Source: Eledone cirrhosa (taxonomy: Eukaryota). From it: DNA of 64,000 nucleotides. Each line of letters begins with the position of its first letter. Positions within the stretch are counted from its first letter, which is position 1. The notes beneath the pieces are model-generated. The model was not told where the DNA came from and made no database searches. It saw only the letters and a list, made by a program, of their open reading frames with translations. A program made the translations under genes and the position numbers. Of this stretch, positions 30,408-44,814 are shown one piece after another. The stretch covers positions 54,312,001 to 54,376,000 of the forward strand of contig OZ024747.1 of the NCBI GenBank assembly GCA_964016885.1. The letters are read 5' to 3'.

Positions 30408-31206
30408 CGCTAATCTAATATGTCTTATAATCTGAGGTTTCAACTGCTCACTCAGTAAATAACTTTCCTTTAAAATATTTTAGATTTAAAACTCAACAGT
30501 ACTCCAGATTGGTCAATTTCATTGAGTTTATTTTTAATATTTTTTATCGTTCTTTTCCTTAGGTTGATGCACTTGCTTTCTGAATTTTCATGTGTATTAA
30601 CGTGTCGAAGCCTCCATTGCTCTAACCTCAGAATCAGATTCATGATATTTGTGTCGTTATTTTCATCTAGTTAGCATTGGTCTCAAACTATCATTAGAGT
30701 GTCAGAAAAATTTAAATGAATGTAATTGTAGTAAATATAATACAGATTCCTAGCGTAGTACGAAGTTACATTTTAAAGGTATATATTGTATTTAATCCAC
30801 GCCAGATGACTGACCTCCTCCAACAGTAATAACGAGTTTGAACTCAGAATAAAGAAGCCACAGTAAATCAGACATGATACTTCGTGGGAAACTATATCAT
30901 CTGAGCGAAACTAGCAACACATTTTTAAATTCAGACTCTCGGCAATTCATATAGGAGCAAAGACATCAATTACATCATCCCTCTACCAATATTTATCTAG
31001 TTCTTTATTATATTGATCCCCAAAACATGAATGTTAGAGTTGATCACATTGGGATTTGAGCTCGGAACGTAAAAAGCCGGAAAATATATTACATAAAGTT
31101 CTGCTCGAAGTTCTAATGATTGCATCATTCCTACTCAATGATAATAGCAATAATAATAATGACGCAATTAGTAGTAGAAATATATAATATATATACATAT
31201 ATACAT

Positions 31207-31558
31207 ATAATATATTTTGAAAGGATAACAACGACGATTGGTTACTGCTTCATTGCATTTATTGGTAGGTGACGCGCGTTTCGCCACTGATCAGCGACGA
31301 ACTCTATAAAATGCTACTAGCATTTTAAAGGGTCCTTCGAGCTCACCGATTATAGAGTCGGGTAAGATCAATACATATCGAACATTGAGCTGATCAGTGG
31401 CGAAACGCACGTCGCCTACCAATAAATGTAATGAAGGAGTAACCAATCGTGCTTGTTATCCTTTCAATATATTACACATTGTATAGCTCTACACCTCAAC
31501 ACAGAAGTGAACCTAAACTTCGAGTGTTCAGCCGGGTGAAACTCCAAGTTACGCTCCC

Positions 31559-31560
<2 letters not shown>
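31207..31560. mobile_element. Fold-back PLE 3'-end insertion
   Basis: Arms about 31207-31295 and 31389-31473 are inverted; both start at gctgatcagtggc-GAAAC-GC(G/A)C-GTC then AATAAA. Confidence 0.8.
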
Positions 31561-31589
<29 letters not shown>

Positions 31590-31722
31590 AACAAAGTGTG
31601 TGTGGTAAGATACCAGCTAGACCATAACGCAGCAGAGTACTCAATACTTAGGTTAGTAGAGTGGGTAATATGAAAAAAGCTCGGATCTAGCTCTCGAAGC
31701 GGCCGGACTTCAGCCCTCGTTG
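31590..31722 (-). mobile_element. Diverged family A 3' tip
   Basis: gtggtaagataccagctagaccataacgcagcagagtactcaatacttaggttagtagagtgggtaata resembles 1515-1583. Confidence 0.7.
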
Positions 31723-31746
31723 TATATATATATATATATACATATT

Positions 31747-31791
<45 letters not shown>

Positions 31792-32756
31792 GTATGTATA
31801 TATATATATGGGGTGTGTGTGCGCGTGTGTATAAGGCCATCCAAAATTCTCATTCACTGATATATTTACTCCTCGGGTTATTGATGTGGTAAATTTAGAT
31901 TTACAACCCCCAGGTAATTAATGTTTTCTAGGTGTATGTAGGGTGTATGTATACATACATATATGGTGGCTGCCAACTCGTTTTCGAGTACGGCCACTAC
32001 TTTATATCCATGTAGGAGAACCCCTACCGATGCGCTGAACGAGTGAGACCTTTTAGTCCAGCCAGCGACCTGAAAACTCTGGTACAAACACTTCACTTGT
32101 GACAATTATTGACACATAGTGCTGGGCCCATGGTACCATGTGACGACAAGTGCAGAGTGTTCTCCAGATATACAGCAATGCCTGTGCCGTGGAGCTTTAA
32201 TAGTGAACAAAGGCACTGCACAAAGCCAGTCCCACTCTCTTAACCAAGATGATATTTACCAAAAAGAAGAACAAGTCAACATCATTGGATACCATCAGGG
32301 TTGCAGGTGTTATCTCAGAGTTTTCCTTCTCCTAGAATTCTGCCTTGACAAAGGCTAAGAGGTCATCTCTCCCGGTGATTTTGGATGGCGATTGACTCTT
32401 AAGAGCTCCTTTGCCCTTTGACAGGTTCTGTTTTTAGTCCTGCAGGATGTCCAAAGTCACCCTCCTCACCAAGAAACCTTGGTGAGGTTGCCAGTTTATA
32501 TACATTCACACATATAAAATATATAGACAGATACATGCACATACACACTCATACAAAGCCACACCCACACAAATTATGTATATATAAATATAAATATATA
32601 TGCATATGCAATTTAAAAAAAACGAGATTATTTTCCATATATATATTACACACACACACATACACACAGACACATGCACACACAGACACACACACACAAA
32701 CACCCTCGCACATACACAGATACATATAGAGAGAGATAGAGATATATATATACTTA

Positions 32757-32861
<105 letters not shown>

Positions 32862-33503
32862 GTGTATATTCATAATTACATACATTGAAACTCACACACA
32901 AACACTCACACACACACACACACTCACACACTCACACACATATGTATATATATATATATATATATATAGCCATATCGTCATACATATTGACTTACACAAT
33001 GGCATGCGTAGTAATTCATGTCAGCCATGTCAGTTGTAGATATTAAACAGGTTTTTACATTGCTATAAAATATGGATAGATATTTCTAGAATCTTTAGCT
33101 TGTGAAACACATTGATAACTATTTACAGCATTTATCAGCAAGCAAACTGATAGAATAATAGGCTAGTAATCATATCACATCTAATCCCAGATGGCGCCCT
33201 TATCTACAGAGGTTTTATCCCTTATTATAAGGTTCTACTACACTGGGGATCTCAATAATGATTACAGCCATAACAGATTAATAATTAACTTATCACTTAG
33301 TATAGCCTGCTTACATTCTAGGCTTTCTTTTCTACTCTTTATCTAGACTTTCATTGTTTTCTCTACCCACCACCTCATTCGCTGTAAATATACATACACA
33401 CTTATATACATATACGCACTTACAAACACTTTCACATACACACACATTCTCATATACATTTAGCATATATATATGTGTGTATACAACATATATATATATA
33501 TAT

Positions 33504-33661
<158 letters not shown>

Positions 33662-33731
33662 GTTGTATACACACATATATATATGCTAAATGTATATGAG
33701 AATGTGTGTGTTTGTTTGTCCTTGTGTGTGT

Positions 33732-33779
<48 letters not shown>

Positions 33780-33953
33780 TGTGTGTATGTATGTGTATCA
33801 TCAACATCTTTTATCGTCCGCTCTCCGATGCTGGCATGTTTGGACTTGGCATTACATGCGTGTGTTATGTGTTATGCTTATGTAGTACATGTGTATATGA
33901 GCTTGAACTCAAGATGAGTATATGTGTATTGTGTATTTGACCTTTTGCAAGGT

Positions 33954-33984
<31 letters not shown>

Positions 33985-33987
<3 letters not shown>

Positions 33988-34245
33988 TAAAAAAGATGAA
34001 ATCGAAAATTGAGATGGAGGGACTGTGGTTTTTCTCAGATGTGAGAAAAACCACAAACCTCCATCTCAATTCTAATTTTGAAAAGCAGAAGAACTGTGAG
34101 ACCGGTATAAATATATATAACCAAATAAATATATATATATTTTTTTTAAATAAGAGTCCATTTGTATTTTCGATTTCAACCTTTTCCCTTATACTTTCAC
34201 TCTGGATTATTTTTCATTTTGTGAAAAAAACCTCACTTTTTTATA
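33985..34245. mobile_element. Fold-back PLE end with degenerate HHR (family shared with 60160-60350)
   Basis: Hairpin ttgagatggagg..gtggtttttctca-gatg-tgagaaaaaccac..cctccatctcaa; TTGAAAA-GCAG-AAGAA-CTGT-GAGACCGGTA. Confidence 0.6.
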
Positions 34246-34247
34246 TA

Positions 34248-34322
<75 letters not shown>

Positions 34323-34370
34323 ATGAAAAGTATAGAAATTGTTGTAGCGAGAAGCTAACAGTATTCCATA

Positions 34371-34501
<131 letters not shown>

Positions 34502-35003
34502 TATATATATAGAAATATAAGTATGTACACGTACATACATATATGTGGGATGTTTGTTTACAAACACACCGAGCATTATAATAAATGTTCGCTGAATCCA
34601 TACTTACATATATATATATGTGTGCATGTATGTATATACATACTACTGTACGTCTGTATACATATATGTATGTACGTGTATTTAAGTAACAGCCGTACTA
34701 AGAGTGGGAAATGAAATTTCGTTTCATTTTTTTCCGTTTATCGTTTCCGGTGCACCCGGCCGATGAACCCACTCGATATGCAAATTGGGCTACTCAGCCG
34801 TTAATATGCATAAGTTACGTATATACGTTCAACAATCTGGCAGGAAGGTATATGTTGCTAACGATAGCTAATAACCTTGAAATTAGTACAGCGTTCCTTT
34901 GTCAGTGTTGAACAAACGAGCAACGATGGTTGCTAGACACTACGGCTTAATACGGGATATAAATATATATATTTTATATATATATTAGTTATATATATAT
35001 TAG

Positions 35004-36635
35004 TTCTGCGTCATCTCTCAAGCCACATACAATAACCTCGCCTTCGAACACCTAAGCGACAGTGAACTGTACACAGTGATCCCGGACATGACCGCAGCCC
35101 AAATCGAAAAACAGACCAACTCCATTTGGTTCGATATCTGTAGGAGAAGACAACTCCCGAATAAAATTAAACTCAACTACACCACTAGAAATAGCAGACT
35201 GCCCACTTTCTACCACCTCATCAAGACCCACAAGAATAGCACTAAGACGCATATAAGATCCATCGTCTCTAGCATAGAAGGACCCCTATACAAAATTTCC
35301 TGGCTTCTCTCCCAGGTCCTCAAGCCTCTACTCTCCACCTTCCCCGGACATGTCAGTAGCTCCGACGAAGTTATACGTAGATTACACCAACTCCAGCCAG
35401 AACAACTTAAACTTAATAAATACGCTTTTAGCCTTGACGCTGTCTCCCTCTACACTACAGTCCCCGCTCACCCAGCTGTCGATTTATTGACGGACTGCGT
35501 GGTCGCAGAGAACATCCACTGCTACGGCCTCTACCCGACGGACATACACCAACTTTTGTCCTTCACAGTAGACAACACGTACTCCACCTTCCACCACCAC
35601 ACATACAGACAGACAACAGGATTACCCATGGGATCCAGCCTCTCGGGCCTGCTGGCCATCACTTACATGAACCAGCTAGAATGCCGAGCCCTCAACACCT
35701 GCCATTCCCATGCCTTCTTCACCCGATATGTAGATGACATACTCATCCTTACATCATCCCGTGAGGAGGCAGAGAAAATATACACAACATTCTCCAGCAT
35801 GGACGCCAGTATAAAGTTCAGCATGGAACACCCCGATGACCGCGGATCCCTATCCCTGCTGGACTTCCAACTCAGGGTAACAGAGGAAGGCAACATCCAC
35901 ACCTGCTTCTATAAAAAAGCCGCCAGCAGGGACCTGTTCGTACATTTCAGATCGGCCCTCCCACTCGGTGCCAAGTTCGGATACATAAAGAACGAACTGG
36001 CACGTATCAAGAACAAATGCACCGACGCCAGAGACCGAGACACACACACCACACATTTCCTGGAAGTACTCAAACTGAACGGATACACGACATCCACCAC
36101 AAACCGTGCCAGAAAGAACAGAGGACACCACACCCGAGGCACTAACACTTGCTTCCTGAAGCTCCCACACTTCAGTGAAGAAACAACAACAGCCATCCGC
36201 AGAGCCATCAGACGAGAGGGTCTGGATATTCAACTGGCCCATTCGGGTCCTTCTTTGCGCGGACGGCCGGCTAAGAGACACTCCACCAGACATGACAACT
36301 GCTGCAGACTAGCCAACTGCCCCATCAACGACACAGACCTATGCCACCAGGCTTACGTAGTCTACAGACTAGAGTGTGACAAATGCAACAACTTCTACGT
36401 AGGTAGCACCACCAGACCACTCCACATAAGAATAAAAGAACACCTCAATACTAACGCTTCCTCATTTAAGAAACACCTAGTTAAATGCAAAAACACCGAT
36501 AAAAACATAACAGTTAGGATAGAAACTAAGGAAAGAAACCTCGGTAATCTTAGAATCAAGGAAGCACTTATTATAGATAGAACACATCCACCAATCAATA
36601 ATAGACTAGAGCTCAACACCCAATTTATAACCTGA
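35004..36635 (+). CDS. Penelope-like element polyprotein (RT + C-terminal GIY-YIG endonuclease), 5'-truncated but uninterrupted
   Basis: Open from FCVISQATY..HLSD; motifs FYHLIKTHK, SLDAVSLYTTVP, QTTGLPMGSSLS, RYVDD, LSLLD; GIY-YIG VVYRLECDKCNNFYVGSTTRPLHIRIKEH..KEAL..IN. Confidence 0.93.
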   Translation, partial: FCVISQATYNNLAFEHLSDSELYTVIPDMTAAQIEKQTNSIWFDICRRRQLPNKIKLNYTTRNSRLPTFYHLIKTHKNSTKTHIRSIVSSIEGPLYKISWLLSQVLKPLLSTFPGHVSSSDEVIRRLHQLQPEQLKLNKYAFSLDAVSLYTTVPAHPAVDLLTDCVVAENIHCYGLYPTDIHQLLSFTVDNTYSTFHHHTYRQTTGLPMGSSLSGLLAITYMNQLECRALNTCHSHAFFTRYVDDILILTSSREEAEKIYTTFSSMDASIKFSMEHPDDRGSLSLLDFQLRVTEEGNIHTCFYKKAASRDLFVHFRSALPLGAKFGYIKNELARIKNKCTDARDRDTHTTHFLEVLKLNGYTTSTTNRARKNRGHHTRGTNTCFLKLPHFSEETTTAIRRAIRREGLDIQLAHSGPSLRGRPAKRHSTRHDNCCRLANCPINDTDLCHQAYVVYRLECDKCNNFYVGSTTRPLHIRIKEHLNTNASSFKKHLVKCKNTDKNITVRIETKERNLGNLRIKEALIIDRTHPPINNRLELNTQFIT

Positions 36636-37233
36636 TAGGGCCTCTAGCCCCATTTTTACACACCCCACACACACGCACGCGCACACCTCCACTTATTCTC
36701 TCTCACACATACACACACAAAACCAGTTCTAACACCAGATAACACCTACCCCCCACTTTTACGATTAGACCTATCTTCCCACACTCACACACACACACAC
36801 ACACATACCTACACCTTCATGCATTCTCCCACACACATATACAGGCACGCATTTAAAATTTAAAAAAACAATACAAAAACAAAAACAAAACATAAACAAA
36901 CCCCTCTTAAAGGGAGACTACTCTTTATCCACCTAATTTTAATTCTTTGATATTAAAGTTAGAACAGATACTCTATACTATTTCCGGACAGCATGGCTTC
37001 ATTAGAGATTTAAAGACGCTGGTCTGAGACCTTTACTTCCCTCCGAAGAAGAGATATTATCTCGAAAATTAAGGACATTTAAATAAATTCAAGGTGAAGG
37101 ACGAATTCACATCAATATCTTTCACTATTGCATTCTTTTTTCTATGTCCATATCTGCATTGTCTTGGCCTTATTACACATATTCTAACGTTTATACCTCA
37201 TTACACAATGCTTCAAGTGAACTATAACCTCCT

Positions 37234-37236
<3 letters not shown>
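36636..37236 (+). mobile_element. 3' UTR / pseudo-LTR of the PLE with HHR-like motif
   Basis: CCT-CCGAAGA-AGAGAT-ATT-ATCTC-GAAA-AT-TA-AGG at about 37040-37074, AATAAA at 37082, ends cctccaTATATA. Confidence 0.7.
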
Positions 37237-37328
<92 letters not shown>

Positions 37329-37586
37329 TCGATGTATTGGTGTGATGGTACGTCTTTATGTCTAAAAGAATATTTTTCAATATTTGTAATCGTACATGTT
37401 TGGCTATGTATAATTATATTCATGATTGTGGAACTTTTTCAGCCATGTATTATTTTAAATCTATGGTCTGCACTTTAAATCCAGCCAAGTAATACACATA
37501 TACACAGAAATACACCCACAAACACACACACACAAACACACACACACAGACAGACACACACACACACACGCACTTACGTGCATATA

Positions 37587-37622
<36 letters not shown>

Positions 37623-37714
37623 CGTATGTAAAAGGTAAACAGAAATAACAACACAAACGGTACAGTACATGGAAGGAATATATTAGTTTAACGCCTCAAA
37701 TACTCGGGAGAGGG

Positions 37715-37750
37715 CCTTAACGTTTCGGACGCCAGTCTTTCATCAAAGGA
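37715..37750 (-). ncRNA. Minimal hammerhead ribozyme (C3 substituted)
   Basis: Minus strand: CCT-TTGATGA-AAGAC-TGGC-GTCC-GAAACGTTA-AGG; the pLTR continues to TA repeats at about 37625. Confidence 0.65.
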
Positions 37751-37972
37751 AATAATGAGAAATTAGAAAAATTGAAGGGGCGTGCAGGGCGGAATTTGAA
37801 AAAAATACTTTTAGCGAAATATAACAGGTTCATTCCTGTTGCTATCTCTTGGAAAATCGTTGCTGCTGGAGTTGTGTGTATTATATACTTTTTTAGAAAA
37901 GTGGGTGACGGTGCGCGTCTATCTGAAATGGAAAAAAAGCCGTTTTGTATAGAGCTATACGTGTGTGTGTGT

Positions 37973-38037
<65 letters not shown>

Positions 38038-38302
38038 TAAGATGCTCGCACATTGCTCGGTCTGTTGGTTTTTTTCGCTGTTTTCTCCTTCCTTCCCCTT
38101 TCCCTTCTATTTCCGTTCTCTACCTCCTCTGTTTTCCCAATCACTTACTTAGTTATTGAACGCTCTGGGGGTAGATTTATTGTCTTTAAAGCGTTAAAAG
38201 ATCCGAGACCCCCAGCAGACAACTGATGAGGAACCCCCCCCCCCCCCCCCCCCCACACACACCTCGTTCTTGCTTTCTTCTCATTCTCATTCCAATTTTA
38301 AG

Positions 38303-38354
<52 letters not shown>

Positions 38355-38559
38355 ACTATCGAATATGAATTCAAAACATGAGGGGACACAGGTCAAAGAC
38401 AACGGAAATAAAACAGACGGTTCCTCTTTACCAGTCTACATCAGTAAATCTCTCTAGTATACACACACTGGAACGCAACAGAAGAGGTAGACATGACGAT
38501 ATGTATCTTTCAGTGAATTACATTATCTACGTTGCACAATTGAATAATGTAGAATAGTA

Positions 38560-39130
38560 GGGCGCTGGACAACATGCTTTGCGACATAGAGTTACCCCTC
38601 ATCTTTACGGGTCGATGAATTAAAGAAGCAATATCGTACTGGGGTCGATACGATCGAATTTCGCTCATCCGAAATTGTAGGCCTTTTGCCTAAATCAGAA
38701 ACCATTATTATGATTATTAACTGGCGGTGGATTTGGTAGTATCGGTAGAGGGCCGGACACCATGCTTTGCCACTTAGAGTTACAGCCCTTTACTGTCTGA
38801 GTTCAAATCCCGCCGAGGTTAACTTTGCCTTTCATCCTTACGGGGTCGATAAAATAAAGTACCAGTAATGCACTGGGTTAATTGCTGGCCTTGTGCCAAA
38901 AATAGAAACAATTATTATGATTATTAACTTTTATTTTAATACTAAGAAGGGTGATTGATAGAATCCTTAGAGGGTTGAACATATTTTGTTGTTGAATTTT
39001 GCTTCCGGTACATTGCGTTCTGTGTTCAAATCCGACAGATGTCAACTTTCACCTTCTTCCTTCCGGTATTGATAAAAGAAATAACGTTAATGCAATGAGC
39101 GTCAATTTAATCGAGTTAAACTTCTTCCAA
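38560..39130 (+). mobile_element. Cluster of three SINE copies (38723-38925 near full length)
   Basis: A/B boxes, core gcctttcatccttacggggtcgataaaataaagtaccag, (ATT)n tails. Confidence 0.85.
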
Positions 39131-39601
39131 GAAAAAAAAAAAATGTCATCCATATTCTCTGTGATGATCCAAAATTTAGCGTTCCAATTTTTTTGAATAA
39201 ATATATGAAAATAGTTTGTCCCATTAGTATCCCTTTAAATTCGATATCCCACTAATGGTGAATGCATGTTGACTTTTAGAACATGTCATTTACAGGTAGA
39301 TGAATATAGTGGTTTCGAATTTAGATATAAGGCCAACAATTATAGCGGAAAGAGGAACATCGATTGAATGGACCCCCATTAGTTACAGTGGGAGTGGAGT
39401 GGTGTGGATGGTTAATGTCTGTCAGAAACTCAAACTCTCGTCTGATACGCGTTTTGCGATTGATCAGCTCAAACTACGATCGGTAATAATCAAGCCGGAC
39501 GCTCAAATTGAAAGCTCATCAGACTTGTGAATTATCGTATTATTCATGTATTTATTTATTTGTGTTCCAGTCGAAGGATTGAAGCCATGCTGCAGCGTGT
39601 G

Positions 39602-39681
<80 letters not shown>

Positions 39682-39769
39682 AAAAGAGAGATATGTAAAA
39701 GGTAAACAGAAAAACAATATATGTATATATATATAAGGGGAGGCACAAAAACAAAGAAAATAATCCCCA

Positions 39770-39812
39770 GTCACTGAAGAGGTCACATAATATATGACGA
39801 AAGAACTTTGAC
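39770..39812 (+). ncRNA. Minimal hammerhead ribozyme
   Basis: GTCA-CTGAAGA-GGTCA-CATAATATA-TGAC-GAAA-GAAC-TT-TGAC; stem I GTCA/TGAC. Confidence 0.68.
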
Positions 39813-40057
39813 AATATATGAACAATCGTCTGGTTGTGGAACCAACCAACCAACCGGAAATTTATAAATTTAATTTATAATAAATTGGAGTGAAAGCTAC
39901 TGGTGCGTGTGTTTCTTATGGGCAACATGACCCTCCCAAAGCATAACAATATCGGTTTCAACACACGTTTTCAGATAAAGAATCTTGCTAAACAAATTCA
40001 GAAACGATATATATATATAAACATTTAGGTTTAATTATATATATATATATATATATC

Positions 40058-40175
40058 AGAATAAAGGCGGTAAAAACCAGTTAGCCCATTACTCATCAGA
40101 TTACTCGATACTTGGGGTAGTAGAGTGGCTAATATGCTGAATTCGGGGCCCCGACGGCTGAGCTCCAGCCGTTTC
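40058..40175 (-). mobile_element. Diverged family A 3' tip, truncated exactly at the HHR GAAAC
   Basis: ..ccccgacggctgagctccagccgtttc|atata; TA repeats on both sides. Confidence 0.7.
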
Positions 40176-40412
40176 ATATATATATATACATATTATTCTT
40201 TAATAATATAAATACATTCATGCTGATAAACATGCGCACATATATACACATAAGCACACATTTAAAACTATACCTGTACACATAACAACATGAAGTGTCG
40301 CTTGTATTTTAATAGGCAAACGCACCGATATCCAGAAACAGGCGAAGGTAGAATGTTAACAGTAATCATAATTTCTGTAACAAACCAACTGAGAAATTAA
40401 AGAAAGTGGTAC

Positions 40413-40470
<58 letters not shown>

Positions 40471-40846
40471 ATATATATATATATATATAAAGAGAGGGAG
40501 CGAGTGAGGGAGAGGGAAAGAGAGAGAAAGAGAGAAATGGAGAGAGAGAGGTTTTTAGAAGTATTGTATGGAGAGAAAATTTAATAGGCAGTGTGATCGT
40601 TCTCCTCTTTCTCTTTTGCCTATGTTTCTTTCCTGTTCTCTCCCTTTCTCCCTCGCTCTCAATCCCCCTCTTTCGTTCTCCTTCTCTCTGTCTTCAATCT
40701 CACTCTTCCTTCTTCCTCCTCCTCTTTATTCCATTCTTTTAAACCTGATGGAAAGGCTACGCAAAATAATTAGTTAATCAACCGTTTCCCATTTGAAACA
40801 ACCAAAGGCGAACACATGTATGTATGTATGTAGGCATAGAGATATA

Positions 40847-40927
<81 letters not shown>

Positions 40928-40983
40928 GTATAAATATAGGTATATATATATATAGACAGATATATATATATATATATATATCT

Positions 40984-41031
<48 letters not shown>

Positions 41032-41085
41032 GTATAAATATAGGTATATATATATATAGACAGATATATATATATATATATATCT

Positions 41086-41121
<36 letters not shown>

Positions 41122-41122
41122 T

Positions 41123-41167
<45 letters not shown>

Positions 41168-41259
41168 TCCTATCTATCTCTACCTCGTTCTCTCTCCCTC
41201 TCACACTCTCTTTCCGTCTCCCCCACCGCTCTCTCTCTCTCTTCCCCTCTCCCTCTCTC

Positions 41260-41303
<44 letters not shown>

Positions 41304-41433
41304 CATATTTATATATATATATACGTGTATGCGTGCAATGTTCTCACACTCCATACATGAATTATATTTACTTACATACGCACGTAAATCCTCAAATACA
41401 TAATTAAAAAGACATACATTCGCACACACACAT

Positions 41434-41479
<46 letters not shown>

Positions 41480-41679
41480 TGCATATATTCATTCCAACAT
41501 ATATTCATACATACATACTTACGTACATACATACATACATACATACTTATGTACATACTTATGTACATACATACATACTTATGTACATACATACTTATGT
41601 ACATACATACTTACGTACATACATATATACATACACCCAAACATGCCTACATTCATACAAACATATATACATGCATGTA

Positions 41680-41710
<31 letters not shown>

Positions 41711-41732
41711 TTACATATATAGCTAAATGCAT

Positions 41733-41812
<80 letters not shown>

Positions 41813-43194
41813 GTGTGTTTATATGTGTCGGTCCATATCCGATTGGATCGTCGCTCGAGCCTCGCTGTGAAGATTAAATTGAATTAGATGCAAGAACTAA
41901 TCTAATAGTCTGGAATTGGCTTAGTAGAAGCACGTTGACGAAAGACGACCACCGAGCAATGGCGGAGTGGTGAGCTGGGCGAGGGGTTATGTAGAGGCGC
42001 AGTGGTGTGTAGTTGGAGCGGTGTTGTAGTTTAGGTGCGGTGGTGGATTGAGCAATGGTTGTGGAATGCAAAGCAATGGTATGGACAGAGAGCAGTGGAG
42101 GATAGGTGATGTGATGGTGGTGGTGGTGGTGGTGGTGGTGGTTTTGGTGGTGGTGGTACGGTGTTGGTACGGTGACGGAACTGTGCTGTTGGTTGTGTTA
42201 CGGTGTTGAAACGGTGGTGATGGTTGTACGGTGCTGGTGCTGGAACGCCGGTCTCTGTGGTTTGATGGTGTTGGAACGATGGTGGTGGTGGTGGTGGTGG
42301 TGGTGGTGGTGGTAGTGGTGTGGTGTTAGAACGGTGCTGGTTGTGGTGACGGTGTTGATGGTGGTGATAGTGGTGTTAGTGTTAGCGGTATGGTGTTAGA
42401 ATGGTGGTGTGACAACTAAATGGTCATTGAATGGCGGAACTGCTACACAGTGATGGGGTGGTTTCACGGTGGCGCAGCGTTGGGGGTCGTTGGAGATATG
42501 GAGCGGAGAATTTGTAGAGCATCGGCGATGGTGTGGCGATGGTTGTAGGAAAATCTTGGGCGAGGAAATAACCGATGAAACCCCTCCCCCCCCCATCACC
42601 TCCAATATTCGGCTTCGAAAAGTGAAGACAAGGTTGGAGTAAAAGGTTGACAAGGTGGAGGAAGATTGAGAAGTGAGGAGGGGGAGGTGTGGTGGCTGAG
42701 GAATGTTCAGTGTGTGTGTGTGTGTATGTGTATGTACAAGTGTGTGTGTGTGTGTTCAAGTGTGTGTGTGTGTGTCTGTGTGTGTATAAGTGTGTGTGTG
42801 TGTACAAGTGTGTGTTATGGGGCAGGGATGAGAGAGTTCAACGTGATAGTGGTGGTCTTGCTATTAATGGTGGTGTTCTTGATAAGGAAGATGATGGTGC
42901 TGCTGATGGTGTTAGTGTTAATGGCGGTTGTATTGTTAGTAGTATGCTGATGTTGGTGGTAGTGTTGCTGGTGATGATGGCGGAGGCGGTGGTGATGAAA
43001 GCGATGATGGTAGCGGCGGTGTCTGTGGTGAGGAAAAGCCAAGATGGTAGAGGTGTCTGTGGAGACGAATAGCCCGTTGATCATGTTGGTGGCTGTGACT
43101 GTGGCTATTAAAACCAAGATGGTGGCGGTGGCGGTGGTAACGAAAGCGATGATGGTGGTCACGAACGCCATAATATTGGCGACCATGGTAACGT

Positions 43195-44400
43195 AAACAA
43201 AGATGGTGGTGACGTTGGTTATTGGTGACCAAAGCAACGATGGTGGTGACGTTGGTTGTTGGTGACCAAAGCAAAGATGGTGGTGACGTTGGTTGTTGGT
43301 GGCCAAAACAAAGATGGTGGTGACGTTGGTTGTTGGTGACCAAAACAAAGATGGTGGTGACGTTGGTTGTTGGTGACCAAAGCAACGATGGTGGTGACGT
43401 TGGTTGTTGGTGACCAAAACAAAGATGGTGGTGACGTTGGTTGTTGGTGACGTTGGTTGTTGGTGACCAAAACAAAGATGGTGGTGACGTTGGTTGTTGG
43501 TGACCAAAACAAAGATGGTGGTGACGTTGGTTGTTGGTGACGTTGGTTGTTGGTGACCAAAACAAAGATGGTGGTGACGTTGGTTGTTGGTGACGTTGGT
43601 TGTTGGTGACCAAAGCAAAGATGGTGATGACGTTGGTTGTTGGTGACCAAAGCAACGATGGTGGTGACGTTGGTTATTGGTGACCAAAGCAACGATGGTG
43701 GTGACGTTGGTTGTTGGTGACAAAAGCAAAGATGGTGGTGACGTTGGTTGTTGGTGACCAAAACAAAGATGGTGGTGACGTTGGTTGTTGGTGACGTTGG
43801 TTGTTGGTGACCAAAGCAACGATGGTGGTGACGTTGGTTGTTGGTGACCAAAACAACGATGGTGGTGACGTTGGTTGTTGGTGACGTTGGTTGTTGGTGA
43901 CCAAAGCAAAGATGGTGATGACGTTGGTTGTTGGTGACCAAAGCAACGATGGTGATGACGTTGGTTGTTGGTGACCAAAACAAAGATGGAGGTGACGTTC
44001 GTTGTTGGTGACCAAAGCAACGATGGTGGTGACGTTGGTTGTTGGTGACCAAAACAAAGATGGAGGTGACGTTGGTTGTTGGTGACCAAAGCAACGATGG
44101 TGGTGACGTTGGTTGTTGGTGGCCAAAGCAACGATGGTGGTGACGTTGATTGTTGGTGATCAAAACAAAGATGGTGGTGACGTTGGTTGTTGGTGACCAA
44201 AACAAAGATGGTGGTGACGTTGGTTGTTGGTGACCAAAGCAACGATGGTGATGACGTTGATTGTTGGTGATCAAAACAAAGATGGTGGTGACGTTGGTTG
44301 TTGGTGACCAAAACAAAGATGGTGGTGACGTTGGTTGTTGGTGACCAAAACAACGATGGTGATGACGTTGATTGTTGGTGACCAAAACAAAGATGTTGGT
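43195..44400. repeat. 37-bp minisatellite with interspersed 16-bp sub-units
   Basis: Unit gttggttgttggtgaccaaa(a/g)caa(a/c)gatggtggtgac, about 30 copies; sub-unit gttggttgttggtgac. Confidence 0.95.
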
Positions 44401-44814
44401 GACGGTGACTGTGGTGACGAATGCGATAGTGGTGGTAATGGATGTGGTATCGAAAACCAAAATGGTTGTGGTGCTGTCGCTAGTAGTGGCAGGGATGATG
44501 GCGGTGTTTGTGGTGGTTTTGGTGCTGGTGATGATCTTGGTTGTGGTATTGGTGGTAGTAGTGACATGAAGATGGTGTTGTTGGTGTTGATGGTGGTTAT
44601 GGGAATGATGGTTGTGGCATTGGTGGTAGTAGTTGCAGGAATGATGCTGGTGTCGGTGATGGTGATGACGATGCTTGTGGTCGTGCCGACAGTAGTAGCC
44701 ATGTTGGTGGTGGCGGTGATGGTGGTGTTGGTGTTGGTAGTGATGGTGTTGGTTGTGTTGCCTGTGGTAGGTGTGGCAGTGGTAATGGTGGTGTTGGTGG
44801 TGGTGATGGTGGTG

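Noticed and set aside
34735-34805. HHR-like CTGAGTA..GAAACGATA on the minus strand
   Set aside because: Stem I strands are not complementary and the core is non-canonical
38220-38270. CTGATGAGG motif
   Set aside because: Followed by poly-C; no GAAA or stems
42815-44460. 512-aa and 413-aa mucin-like ORFs, or a CRISPR-like array
   Set aside because: 37-bp tandem repeat without unique spacers; eukaryotic context; open frames follow from unit composition
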